In this document: positions 17,037-25,087 of the stretch, piece by piece
How the letters are laid out: each line of letters starts with the position of its first letter
Numbering within the stretch: position 1 is the first letter of the stretch
From: Chloroflexota bacterium
Lineage (GTDB): Bacteria; Chloroflexota; Limnocylindria; Limnocylindrales; CSP1-4
Length of the DNA: 64,000 nt
Assembly (NCBI GenBank): GCA_003158675.1
Contig: PMKN01000030.1
Coordinates: 10,463-74,462, forward strand
Direction of reading: 5' to 3'
Translations under genes and position numbers: made by a program
Notes under the pieces: model-generated
Seen by the model: the letters and a program-made list of their open reading frames with translations, nothing else
What the model was told of the DNA's origin: nothing
Databases searched by the model: none

Positions 17037-18911
17037 TCAGCTCGAGGAGGACGAGGTCCCCAGGCCGCTGCTGGAGGAGGTCCCCGAGCCGCTGCTGGAC
17101 GAACTGGTCGAGTAGCCGAGAGTGGCGGCGATCTGCTGGGACTGGGCCTGGAGCTGGGCCAGCGTGGCTTCCATCGCCGCGTACTTCGCCTCGATCATCG
17201 TCTGGTAGTTGTTGATCATCTCCTGGCGGTCTACTTCCTCGCGTTGGATCTGGCTGATTTCGGTGCCGAGTCCAGTGGTATGGGACTGGATGTAGGCGCT
17301 CGTGTTAGCCGGGTCCTCGAACGTCTTGAGTTTGGCGAGGACGGCTGCGAGGGGACCAGTCGAACTGTCCAGCAGCGAGGCGACCTGCACGGCGTTGGAG
17401 CTCAGCGCCGAGGTCAGCTGGGTCGAGTCGAGCTGCAACCTGTCGGTGCTGCCTGCTGCAGACCCGATGGCGCCCGTGTTGAGACCGATGGCGCCCAGCG
17501 AGTTGATCGACCCGCTACCGGTTGCCTCGAAGAGCGTCTCCCGCAGACTGAGGAAGAGCGAAGTGGCTGTCGGATCCGACGCTAGCGGGCCGGAGGTCCC
17601 GGGCGTGCCGCCGGCCTGGCCAGGCGTCGATTCCGTCAGCTTGTCGAGCGTGTCGCCCAGTGAGTTGAAGCTGGAGATGAACGAATTCAGAGCCGACGTC
17701 ACAGCCGCCTGATCGACGCCGACCGTCAGCGTCTGCGTCAGCCCGAGCGGGCTTAGCGTGAGCAGGTTGAGCGTGACGCCGTCGATCGCGTTGGTCACGG
17801 TGTTGCTGCTGCTGGTAATCGAGCGCCCGTCGACGGTCACCTGGGCCGAGGCGCCGATCGTCTGGGCATTCGTCGTGCCGGGCGCCAGCTTGAGCGCGGC
17901 ACCCAGGTTGCCACTGGTGTCCTCAATGTCCATCGCAGTCGCGCCCGTGTCCTTGCGCGTCAGGACCAGCTTGTCGTTGGTGCGATCTATCGAGGCGACC
18001 ACACCGGCGGCGGAGTTGTTGATGCGGCTGATGATCGTCGACAGTGCGTCGGCGGTTGTGTCGTAGGCGATGTCCACGCCGTCGATCGTGATGACGCCGG
18101 AACTTGTGGACGTTAGCCCCGACAGACCGGCCGCGTCGAGAACGCTGTTGATCCGGACCACGCCCAGGTTCGTCGTGCCGGTGAGAGTCGGGTTCATGGC
18201 GTTTGTGGCCGTCGCGGAGTCGATCCCAAGCATGCCGAGGGCATTGCTGCTGTCGCCGGCGGCGCCAAAGGCCAACGAGTGCGCAAGCCCGGCGCCCGAG
18301 ATGCTGATCTGTAGCCTGTTGCCCACGACTGAGGCGTTGACCGTTGCGGTCGCGTCGGCGCCGACGTTGGCTCCGCCTGTCCGCAGCTGGGTCTGGATGG
18401 CGTCCGAGAGGCCCTGCAGCATCTGACCCAATGTGGTAGTCGTGGGATCGCCCACGGTGTAATGGACGATTGCACCGTCGACAACGGCGCTGATCTGGCC
18501 GGCCGTAACCGAGCCGGGCAGGTTGAGCGATGAGATCGTGGCATTCAGATCGGTCACGGGGGCGCCGACGGCGCCCGTCGACGTCGCCCGGGTCGCAGTG
18601 GCCAGCCGATCGACCGAGACCTGGTACTGCGAAACGGCCGTGTTCGCCACGGCCGTCGCGGTGAAGACCGAGGTGTCGGCCGAAGTGGCATTGCGGCCGG
18701 CACCCGCGCTCGCGACCGTGAAGCTCTGCAGCTTCGTGACGAGGTCGTCGATGGCCGAGCCCAACTGCGAGTACGCGGTCTTCTGGCTGGTGAGAGACGT
18801 TTCCTTGTTTTGGAGGTCTGTGAGCGGCTGCTTCTGGACTGCCATCAGGGCGTCGATGATGCCCTGAGTGTTCAAACCGGAAACGACGCCGCCAAATTGG
18901 ATCGTCGACAT
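17037..18911 (-). CDS. fliD: Flagellar filament cap protein FliD (HAP2)
   Basis: 624 aa. N-terminus GGVVSGLNTQGIIDALMAVQKQPLTDLQNKETSLTSQKTAYSQL and C-terminal coiled region QREEVDRQEMINNYQTMIEAKYAAMEATLAQLQ. SD GGGAGA. Unusual Ser/Gly C-terminal tail. Confidence 0.9.
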   Translation of the reverse strand: MSTIQFGGVVSGLNTQGIIDALMAVQKQPLTDLQNKETSLTSQKTAYSQLGSAIDDLVTKLQSFTVASAGAGRNATSADTSVFTATAVANTAVSQYQVSVDRLATATRATSTGAVGAPVTDLNATISSLNLPGSVTAGQISAVVDGAIVHYTVGDPTTTTLGQMLQGLSDAIQTQLRTGGANVGADATATVNASVVGNRLQISISGAGLAHSLAFGAAGDSSNALGMLGIDSATATNAMNPTLTGTTNLGVVRINSVLDAAGLSGLTSTSSGVITIDGVDIAYDTTADALSTIISRINNSAAGVVASIDRTNDKLVLTRKDTGATAMDIEDTSGNLGAALKLAPGTTNAQTIGASAQVTVDGRSITSSSNTVTNAIDGVTLNLLTLSPLGLTQTLTVGVDQAAVTSALNSFISSFNSLGDTLDKLTESTPGQAGGTPGTSGPLASDPTATSLFLSLRETLFEATGSGSINSLGAIGLNTGAIGSAAGSTDRLQLDSTQLTSALSSNAVQVASLLDSSTGPLAAVLAKLKTFEDPANTSAYIQSHTTGLGTEISQIQREEVDRQEMINNYQTMIEAKYAAMEATLAQLQAQSQQIAATLGYSTSSSSSGSGTSSSSGLGTSSSSS

Positions 18912-18969
18912 CTACGTTCTCCCGAGAACGTTCGCCAGGCCGACTTGCACGCGAAAGTGGCCACTCGGG

Positions 18970-18998
18970 TTATCGGCACCGGGCAGGCCAAGCTTGAG
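18970..18998 (-). promoter_or_regulatory. Sigma-28-type promoter upstream of fliD
   Basis: Minus-strand CTCAAG-n15-GCCGATAA, a perfect match to the textbook -10 GCCGATAA. Confidence 0.65.
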
Positions 18999-19060
18999 TG
19001 AAGCACCGAACGCGCACCAGCGGGGTTCTCCCCAGATCGCGTCCCAAATGCGCCGCTTTC

Positions 19061-19396
19061 TCATCGCACGGGTCCCACTGAGCCGGTGCGGTTGCCGTAG
19101 CTCTGCATCAGCCGACGCGTGCCCGCGAGCCGGCCGCGGAGCGAATCCATCTCGACCCGCATGTGCTCGGCCGCTTCTCGATCGCGATCGAGGATCCGGC
19201 GGAGCCTGGCGTTGAGGTCGGCGGGACGAGCAGCCACGTCCGTGTGGAGCAGGAATCGAAGGGCCGCCTCGCGCGCCTTGAGCGCCGCGACTGCGGCTTC
19301 GAGATCCGGGTCCGGGCGCCGCCCCAGCGCGATCATCATCGCGTCGGTGGCAGCTTCGAGAGCACTGATCGTGGCGGCCTGATGGGTGACGTCCAT
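19061..19396 (-). CDS. Hypothetical 111-aa helical protein between flagellin and fliD
   Basis: High GC3, SD AAGGTGAG before ATG 19396 (GTG 19402 is an alternative). All-helical, Arg/Ala-rich (AALKAREAALRFLL..., EHMRVEMDSLRGRLAGTRRLMQSY). No family motif recognised. Confidence 0.5.
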   Translation of the reverse strand: MDVTHQAATISALEAATDAMMIALGRRPDPDLEAAVAALKAREAALRFLLHTDVAARPADLNARLRRILDRDREAAEHMRVEMDSLRGRLAGTRRLMQSYGNRTGSVGPVR

Positions 19397-19426
19397 TCTC
19401 ACCTTGAGGGTCGATTCGGAGCAGAA

Positions 19427-19452
19427 GGGGTCGGCGGGAACCCGCCGACCCC
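19427..19452 (-). terminator. Intrinsic-terminator-like hairpin after flagellin
   Basis: Perfect 12-bp GC stem GGGGTCGGCGGG-nn-CCCGCCGACCCC, 51 nt after the fliC stop, followed on the transcript by UUCU. Confidence 0.7.
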
Positions 19453-19502
19453 TTCGAGACTCTCAGTCCGTGGCGCGACCGGTGGTCGAGCCGGAAACCG
19501 AA

Positions 19503-20615
19503 CTAGCGGAGCAGGGTGAGGATGTTCTGCGGAGCGGAGTTGGCCTGGGCGAGGATCGCCGTGCCAGCTTGCTGCAGGATCTGTGTCTTGGTGAAGTTGA
19601 CCATTTCGGAGGCGACGTCGAGGTCCTTGATCCGGGACTCGGACGCGGACATGTTCTCGGACGCGACGCCGAGGTTGGCGATGGTGTGCTCGAGACGGTT
19701 CTGGATAGCGCCCAAACCGGCTCGGGAGTTGCTGATCTGGTTGATCGCGGCGTCCATGGACGCCGTCGCGGTCGTGACGTTGAAGCCCGCGGCCGAAACG
19801 TCCAGGGTGTTCACGCCCAGGGCGGCCGACCGGTTGTCGCCGATCGAAACTGCGATCTGCTCGGCCGCGGTGCCGTTGGCACCGACCAGCAGGTTGGCGG
19901 CGGTCCCGGCAACCACAACGGTCTGGCCGTTGGTGTTGGCCACGGACATGTTCTGGTTGAACTGAACCGAGATGCCGTCCGAGAAGTTGATCGTCTTGGT
20001 GAGACCGGCGGCCGGGGCCGCGAAGTCGTCCACGACCGATTGCTGCGTGCCACCGACGGAAACGGTGATCTTCAGGCCCGAATGCGTGCCCGCGGCTACT
20101 GTCAGGGCATAGGTCGCTGCCGGCGCGCCCTGGTTCTGGACGGACGTGATGCCGTTAGCGATCGTGGCCGTCGTCGAGGCGGTCGCTCCGAAGGAGCCGT
20201 CGAGCAGGTTCTGGCCGTTGTACTGGGTCGTGTTGCCAATTCGGTCGAGCTCGTTCTGGAGGCTGGTGACTTCCAGCTGCATGGCCGTGCGGTCAGTCGG
20301 AGACACCGTGGCGGTGCCGGCCTGGACGACCAGCTCGCGCATGCGCTGGAGGATCGACTGGCTCTCGTTGAGCGCGCCTTCTGCGGTCTGGACGAGCGAG
20401 ATGCCGTCCTGGGCGTTGCGCTGTGCCTGGTTGAGGCCGTTGACCTGCGCATCTAGCCGCTGGCTGATCGCGAGGCCCGCGGCGTCGTCTGCGGCGCGGT
20501 TGATGCGGAGGCCGGACGAAAGCTTCTCGACGCTCTTGGCGAACGCCTCTCCTGTGATGCCGAGGTTGCGCTGTGCGTTCAGCGCCTCGATGTTGGTGTT
20601 GATGCGAACCGACAT
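19503..20615 (-). CDS. fliC: Flagellin
   Basis: 370 aa. Conserved N-terminus (RINTNIEALNAQRNL...LSSGLRINRAADDAAGLAISQRL) and C-terminus (QNRLEHTIANL...VNFTKTQILQQAGTAILAQANSAPQNILTLLR). Confidence 0.95.
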   Translation of the reverse strand: MSVRINTNIEALNAQRNLGITGEAFAKSVEKLSSGLRINRAADDAAGLAISQRLDAQVNGLNQAQRNAQDGISLVQTAEGALNESQSILQRMRELVVQAGTATVSPTDRTAMQLEVTSLQNELDRIGNTTQYNGQNLLDGSFGATASTTATIANGITSVQNQGAPAATYALTVAAGTHSGLKITVSVGGTQQSVVDDFAAPAAGLTKTINFSDGISVQFNQNMSVANTNGQTVVVAGTAANLLVGANGTAAEQIAVSIGDNRSAALGVNTLDVSAAGFNVTTATASMDAAINQISNSRAGLGAIQNRLEHTIANLGVASENMSASESRIKDLDVASEMVNFTKTQILQQAGTAILAQANSAPQNILTLLR

Positions 20616-20644
20616 TGAGGTAGGCCTCCTAGCCTTGGTTCAAT

Positions 20645-20660
20645 GCGGCGTCCTTGCCGC
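20645..20660 (-). promoter_or_regulatory. Candidate CsrA-binding hairpin in the flagellin 5' leader
   Basis: The mRNA reads GCGGC-AAGGAC-GCCGC, a 5-bp stem with GGA in a 6-nt loop, 30 nt upstream of the start. A second GGA lies in the SD AGGAGG (20625-20630). Confidence 0.5.
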
Positions 20661-20687
20661 TGGCAGGCCATCTGCCCACCACGTGAG

Positions 20688-20715
20688 GAGTCGGGCCGCC
20701 GGAGTCGCTCTTGAG
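20688..20715 (-). promoter_or_regulatory. Sigma-28-type promoter upstream of flagellin
   Basis: Minus-strand CTCAAG-n14-CCCGACTC. The predicted leader is about 65 nt. Confidence 0.55.
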
Positions 20716-20799
20716 GTCGATCTGGCGCCGAGGAGGCGAACCGCGCGTGGCGGCGGTGCGCCGGCGCCCCACCCGCCAGTCGGCGGCGACGTGTCCTGG

Positions 20800-21075
20800 T
20801 CAGGCCACTCCTGGGTCGTCCGGCGACGGCTTCTCCGTCGCGGGCGTGTCAGCGGAGTGCAGCGGCTTGAGCATGACTCTGAGCCTGGCGCGCGCGTCCG
20901 AGGCCTCACGGACTTCGCCGGATACCTCCTCGATCAGCTCAGACCGCACCACCGCCACGTGGCGTGGAGCGACTACGCCCAGGACGACACGATCGCCCTC
21001 CACCCTCACGACACGCACCTCCACGCTGGGCCCGATCCGAAGCGACTGGCCCGAGCGGCGTGTCAGGACGAGCAT
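20800..21075 (-). CDS. csrA: Carbon storage regulator CsrA (flagellin translation repressor)
   Basis: Trimmed to ATG 21075. MLVLTRRSGQSLRIGPSVEVRVVRVEGDRVVLGVVAPRHVAVVRSELIE is canonical CsrA, followed by a ~40-aa C-terminal tail. The start overlaps the fliW stop (TGATG). Confidence 0.9.
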   Translation of the reverse strand: MLVLTRRSGQSLRIGPSVEVRVVRVEGDRVVLGVVAPRHVAVVRSELIEEVSGEVREASDARARLRVMLKPLHSADTPATEKPSPDDPGVA

Positions 21076-21494
21076 CAGCCCGCCTCCGAAACCGGAGCCT
21101 GAAGCGGGAACTCTGAGTCCTCGATCACGAGCTGTCGGGCGCTCGCCTGCCGCATGTCGACTACGAGGGGGCCGGCCAGGTTGGCGGTGATCGCCGGCGG
21201 TTCGCCATGGACGGCCAGGATGGCGAGGACCCATTCGTCTTCGCCGACCAGGCCGCGCTCACGCAGGCGATCCGTCGTCCCGGGCTTGACGTTGTCTGCC
21301 GATGCCGCGATGAAGCCGATCGTCGGATCGTCTTGCGAGACCATCTCGTAGAGCGCCGTCTCGGGTACTGCGCTGAGGCGATGACGGACGAGTAGGGGCA
21401 ATCCGACGAGACCGTCCGAGAAGACGATCGTTGCGTCGACCTGGTCATGACCCACGGGTTGGTCCTCTGCTTCGGACTGGAGGGAATGCTTCAT
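21075..21494 (-). CDS. fliW: Flagellar assembly factor FliW
   Basis: 139 aa with FSDGLVGLPLLVRHRL...LYEMVSQDDPTIGFIAASA...ANLAGPLVVDMRQASARQLVIEDSEF. Classic fliW-csrA pairing. Confidence 0.85.
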   Translation of the reverse strand: MKHSLQSEAEDQPVGHDQVDATIVFSDGLVGLPLLVRHRLSAVPETALYEMVSQDDPTIGFIAASADNVKPGTTDRLRERGLVGEDEWVLAILAVHGEPPAITANLAGPLVVDMRQASARQLVIEDSEFPLQAPVSEAG

Positions 21495-22369
21495 TTCAGG
21501 TAGTCGAGGAGGCTCGTCTGCATCACCTTTGCGGTCACGGCCAGCGACGCCTGGTAGGTGGTCTGGCGCTGGCTGAGTTCGGTGATTGCCGAGGGCATGT
21601 CCGTGTCTTCGAGCTGGCTCAAGAGAGCCTTGTTGGTGGTGACCAGGCTCTGTTGCGACGCCTTGGCATCGTCGAGCCGATTCGTTCGGGCGCCTACCGT
21701 CGCCCGGGCCTGCAGCAGGTTCTGAAGGCCGGTTGCGATCTGGGTGATGGTGGTTGACTGAACCGGCCCGCCACCGTTGAGATCGGCTTGAAGCTGCGTC
21801 AAGGCGTCGATCGCCGGCTGGAAGACGGCATCGCCCGCAAGGTTGACCTGCATCGTGGTACCAGTCCCGATGCGCGCGACCACGACGCCCTGATCGCCCT
21901 GGTAGGCGCCGATTTGGCCGGACCCCACGACCTGGAAAGGCGCCCGGTCGACGCGGAAGCCGCTGAAGACGTACTCGTCGCCAACCTTGGTTCCGGCAGC
22001 CTGAGCAAGAGCTTCCGTCAACTGGGAGACTTCGGCCGCGACCGCCTGGCGGTCGCTCGCTTGGAGCGTTCCGTTCGCGCCCTGGATCGCGAGTTCGTTG
22101 GCGCGCTGAAGCAGATCGCCGGCGCTCGCAAGCGCAGTGTCCATGGCGGAGACCTTGCTGGACGCGTCGTCGATGTTGCGACCGAATTGATCGAGCTGGG
22201 CCAGAGTGTCGCGCAGCCCGACCGCCGACCGGACATCGCCGGGGTTGTCCGATGGCCGATTGAGCTGCTTGGTTGTGCTGACCTTCTCAATGGTCGACTG
22301 CAGAGCCGACTGAGTGGCCGCCAGGCTGGCGTTGGTCCGGCCGTAGATCATCTGCTCGGTTACACGCAT
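21491..22369 (-). CDS. flgL: Flagellar hook-associated protein FlgL (HAP3)
   Basis: 292 aa. Flagellin-like termini (MRVTEQMIYGRTNASLAATQSALQ...; ...ITELSQRQTTYQASLAVTAKVMQTSLLDYLK). It follows flgK. Confidence 0.85.
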   Translation of the reverse strand: MRVTEQMIYGRTNASLAATQSALQSTIEKVSTTKQLNRPSDNPGDVRSAVGLRDTLAQLDQFGRNIDDASSKVSAMDTALASAGDLLQRANELAIQGANGTLQASDRQAVAAEVSQLTEALAQAAGTKVGDEYVFSGFRVDRAPFQVVGSGQIGAYQGDQGVVVARIGTGTTMQVNLAGDAVFQPAIDALTQLQADLNGGGPVQSTTITQIATGLQNLLQARATVGARTNRLDDAKASQQSLVTTNKALLSQLEDTDMPSAITELSQRQTTYQASLAVTAKVMQTSLLDYLK

Positions 22370-22384
22370 CGCTCAGCCCTCCGC

Positions 22385-24124
22385 TCAGCGGCCAACGAGG
22401 CCGGTGCTATTGATGAGGGTGTTCAGCATCTCGTCCATGGTGGTGATGACCCGAGCCGCGGCCTGATACGCGTGCTGGAAGCGAACCATGTCGGTGGCCT
22501 CCTCGTCGAGAGAGACGCCGCTGGCCTGCTGGACCTGAGTGTTCAGCTGGTCGATCACGAGTTGCTGGTTCTGTGCCATCTCCTGGGCTTGCTGGGACAT
22601 CGTCCCGACCTTGCCGACGAGCCCTCCGTAGAAGTCGGTCGCGGTCTGCGGCGACGCGAACAGGGAGGCGGCCACGACCGTGTTCTGGCCCGCTGCGGTG
22701 AAGTCGGTCACCAAGTCGGCGCCGGTCTTGGCAGATGTCCCCGCGCCAACCGTGAGCTTGATGCCGAGTTGATCGAAGCTCAGGGTCTGGGTGCCGCCGG
22801 CCGCCATATCGGCCACGCTGATCGTCTGGTGGCTGCCATCCGCCCCGGTCAGAGTCAGGCTACTGCCCGCCCCCGACAAGGTGTAGGTCTGAGCCACGGC
22901 CCTGTCCGCCCCGATAGTCATCAAACGAGCGGTCGTCCCGGTGGTCAGATCCATGCCACCCACCAGGTTCGTGCCGGCGACCCCGGCCGAATAGGTCAGC
23001 GCGTTGCCCAGGTCGCCGATGAGTCCGGCCACCGAGTTGTCGCCGGGGGCGTTGGCCGATGCCGCGGCAGCCACGCGACTCGGATCGGCGGCCACGAGCG
23101 GATTGACCGCCAGAGTCCCGGCCACGTTCCCGGCGTTGTAGGTGAAGAAGGCCAGACCGGCGTTTCCATTGGCATCCACGCCACGCTGGTGCAGCGCGTT
23201 GGTCGAGTCGGCAATGCCTTTTGCGAGTGCGTCGAACTGCGACCGGATGTTGGCGAGGTCCACGTCTCGAACGGTCAGCAGCGACTTCAGCTGCCCGGAC
23301 GGCATGGCTACGGCGCTGCCGTCGGCCCAAACCGGCGTGACGTGGCCCGACGAGTCCAGCTGGGCGCTCAGCTGGCGGGATCTCGTGTTGGAGACCAGAT
23401 CCGTTCCGCCCACGAGTACTTGAATCGTGCCGTCCGTCTGCGTAAGGACGGTGGCCGGAACGATGGCGGTCAATTGCTCGAGAAGTTGTTCGCGCTGGTC
23501 CAGTAGGTCGTTGGCGTGGTCGCCCGTGACCGAGACTTGCTGGATCTCGAGGTTCAGACTGGCGATCTGAGTGGCCAGACTGTTGACCGTGGTGATCTGC
23601 TGGCCCACCTGGCTGTCGATGCCTGTCGCGATCATGCCAAGCTGGTTGGAGGCGCTGTTGAGCTGCATCGCGAGGGACGAAGCCTGTTCGGTCAGGGCGG
23701 ACCGAGCTGCGGTCGAACTCGGATCGGCGGCGACGTCCTGCCACGCGCTCCAGTACTTGCTGATGGCATTGCCGATGCCCGAGTCGGATGGCTCGGGGAG
23801 AATGGCCTCCACCTTGGCCAGCTCTTGCTGGCGGGTATCCCACTCCCCCTTCAGGCCTGCCTGAGCCTGGACCTGCAGGTCCAGGAAGGCGTCTCGGGTG
23901 CGGGTGATCGCGGCGACCGTGACGCCGGTGCCGATCTGGCCCGTCAGCCCGGTGCGGGTTAAGGTCGGGTACGTGTAGGGTGGCGACTCGACCAGGGTCA
24001 CGCGCTGGCGGGAATAGCCGGGCGTACTGGCGTTGGCGACGTTGTGGGCCGCGGTGTCGAGTTGCTGCTGCGCGGCGCGGAGGGCCGAGACGCCGATGTC
24101 GAGGCCGAAGAAGGGCGAGCTCAT
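22385..24124 (-). CDS. flgK: Flagellar hook-associated protein FlgK (HAP1)
   Basis: Trimmed to ATG 24124 (MSSPFFGLDIGVSALRAAQQQLDTAAHNVANASTPGYSRQRV). The C-terminus VSLDEEATDMVRFQHAYQAAARVITTMDEML is the rod/hook family signature. Confidence 0.9.
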   Translation of the reverse strand: MSSPFFGLDIGVSALRAAQQQLDTAAHNVANASTPGYSRQRVTLVESPPYTYPTLTRTGLTGQIGTGVTVAAITRTRDAFLDLQVQAQAGLKGEWDTRQQELAKVEAILPEPSDSGIGNAISKYWSAWQDVAADPSSTAARSALTEQASSLAMQLNSASNQLGMIATGIDSQVGQQITTVNSLATQIASLNLEIQQVSVTGDHANDLLDQREQLLEQLTAIVPATVLTQTDGTIQVLVGGTDLVSNTRSRQLSAQLDSSGHVTPVWADGSAVAMPSGQLKSLLTVRDVDLANIRSQFDALAKGIADSTNALHQRGVDANGNAGLAFFTYNAGNVAGTLAVNPLVAADPSRVAAAASANAPGDNSVAGLIGDLGNALTYSAGVAGTNLVGGMDLTTGTTARLMTIGADRAVAQTYTLSGAGSSLTLTGADGSHQTISVADMAAGGTQTLSFDQLGIKLTVGAGTSAKTGADLVTDFTAAGQNTVVAASLFASPQTATDFYGGLVGKVGTMSQQAQEMAQNQQLVIDQLNTQVQQASGVSLDEEATDMVRFQHAYQAAARVITTMDEMLNTLINSTGLVGR

Positions 24125-24126
24125 CG

Positions 24127-24573
24127 TCAGGCCTGCCGGTCCACGAAAGTTTGGCCCGATGGGTCGCCGTATCCGGCGGCGACGCCTTCCGACCCGACCT
24201 TGCCGATGCCCACCAGCATCCGCATCAGGGCCGCGTCGACTGCCCACGCGCGTTCGATCAGATAGGCGTTGCGGCGCGCCCCCACGGCCAGCCGCTCGCA
24301 CAGGCCGGAGACGCCAGCCGCACCGATGTGGCTGCGGTCCTCCTCGGTCATGGATGCGAGCAGATCGTTGACGTGCCCGACCAGCGCCTCGGCACGCTCA
24401 TTCGACGTCTCGAGAGCCTGTCTGTCGTGGTGCTGGACGGCTCGCGTGACCTGATCCGAGACATCCGCCAAAGCGTCGAGGGCAGAGATGAGCGCGTTCA
24501 GGGGAGGCCATCCCAGGCCAACCCGATCTCCGGCCGAGAATCCCGACAGCTCGCGATCGGCCGGCGCGAACAC
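24127..24573 (-). CDS. Putative FlgN-like export chaperone
   Basis: 148 aa, helical, in the flgM-[flgN]-flgK slot. GTG start abuts the flgM stop, and its own stop lies 2 nt before the flgK ATG. The call is mainly positional. Confidence 0.45.
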   Translation of the reverse strand: MFAPADRELSGFSAGDRVGLGWPPLNALISALDALADVSDQVTRAVQHHDRQALETSNERAEALVGHVNDLLASMTEEDRSHIGAAGVSGLCERLAVGARRNAYLIERAWAVDAALMRMLVGIGKVGSEGVAAGYGDPSGQTFVDRQA

Positions 24574-24882
24574 TTAGGCCCGCTTGTCGAGGATCCCTCG
24601 AGCCACGACCTCGGCGTTGACCGTGTACGTGCCCTGAGCGATCCGATGCTTCGCGTCGGCCACCTTCTGGGCGCGGACGTCGGGAGCGGCATTGGCGGCC
24701 TCGAGGGCCTGGTGCATCTCCCGACTGCGCGGCGACAGGTCGACGCGAGCGGCCGGCTGGCCGACTGTGGTTGCCCCGTTTGGCGGTCTCTGCAGCTCCG
24801 GACGCGCCGCGTTCGGGTGGGCGGCGGGCGTCTGCTGGAGCAGTGGCGACGAGGTTACGGACCGCGGGTCTTCGATCTTCAT
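24574..24882 (-). CDS. flgM: Anti-sigma-28 factor FlgM
   Basis: 102 aa, disordered N-half. The C-terminus DVRAQKVADAKHRIAQGTYTVNAEVVARGIL matches the FlgM signature. SD AGAGAGGA. Confidence 0.75.
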   Translation of the reverse strand: MKIEDPRSVTSSPLLQQTPAAHPNAARPELQRPPNGATTVGQPAARVDLSPRSREMHQALEAANAAPDVRAQKVADAKHRIAQGTYTVNAEVVARGILDKRA

Positions 24883-24910
24883 TCTTGTCCTCTCTAGGGC
24901 GTCACCTGAG

Positions 24911-24938
24911 GGATCGGCCGGTACCGAGAAGCCTTGAC
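24911..24938 (-). promoter_or_regulatory. Sigma-28-type promoter upstream of flgM
   Basis: Minus-strand GTCAAG-n14-GCCGATCC, about 20-nt leader. Confidence 0.6.
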
Positions 24939-25087
24939 CCGCGGGAGGGGTAGTTCTTCATCATTTCGACGTATGCGTTGCGAACGAGCGACGGTAGCGC
25001 GAGCATGCCACCCCCGGCAGCGCCTTGTAAGGGCCCACTCGGGGGCACTCCGATTACCGTAGTCGGGTAGGACTTGCTCGCCCATGG

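Noticed and set aside
21788-23506. Very long ORFs antisense to or out of frame with recognised genes. Examples: 21788-23506 (+, 572 aa), 29376-31139, 55632-57557, 44036-46018, 19386-20456, 34353-35423, 8211-9233, 49206-50642, 50764-51798, 59530-61110 and most of the 60-300-aa entries in the ORF track.
   Set aside because: Each overlaps a gene with unmistakable family motifs on the other strand or frame. Their products are Arg/Gly/Pro/Ala-rich with no motifs. Stop-poor alternative frames are the expected artefact of high-GC DNA with G/C-biased third positions.
25027-25056. Plus-strand GTAAGG...TCCGATTA in the flgG-flgM spacer, a possible sigma-28-like promoter that would drive an RNA antisense to the rod gene.
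   Set aside because: The -35/-10 spacing is 2-3 nt longer than in the eight consistent sites, and the -35 lacks TCAAG. No downstream plus-strand gene exists. It is kept only as a low-probability antisense candidate.
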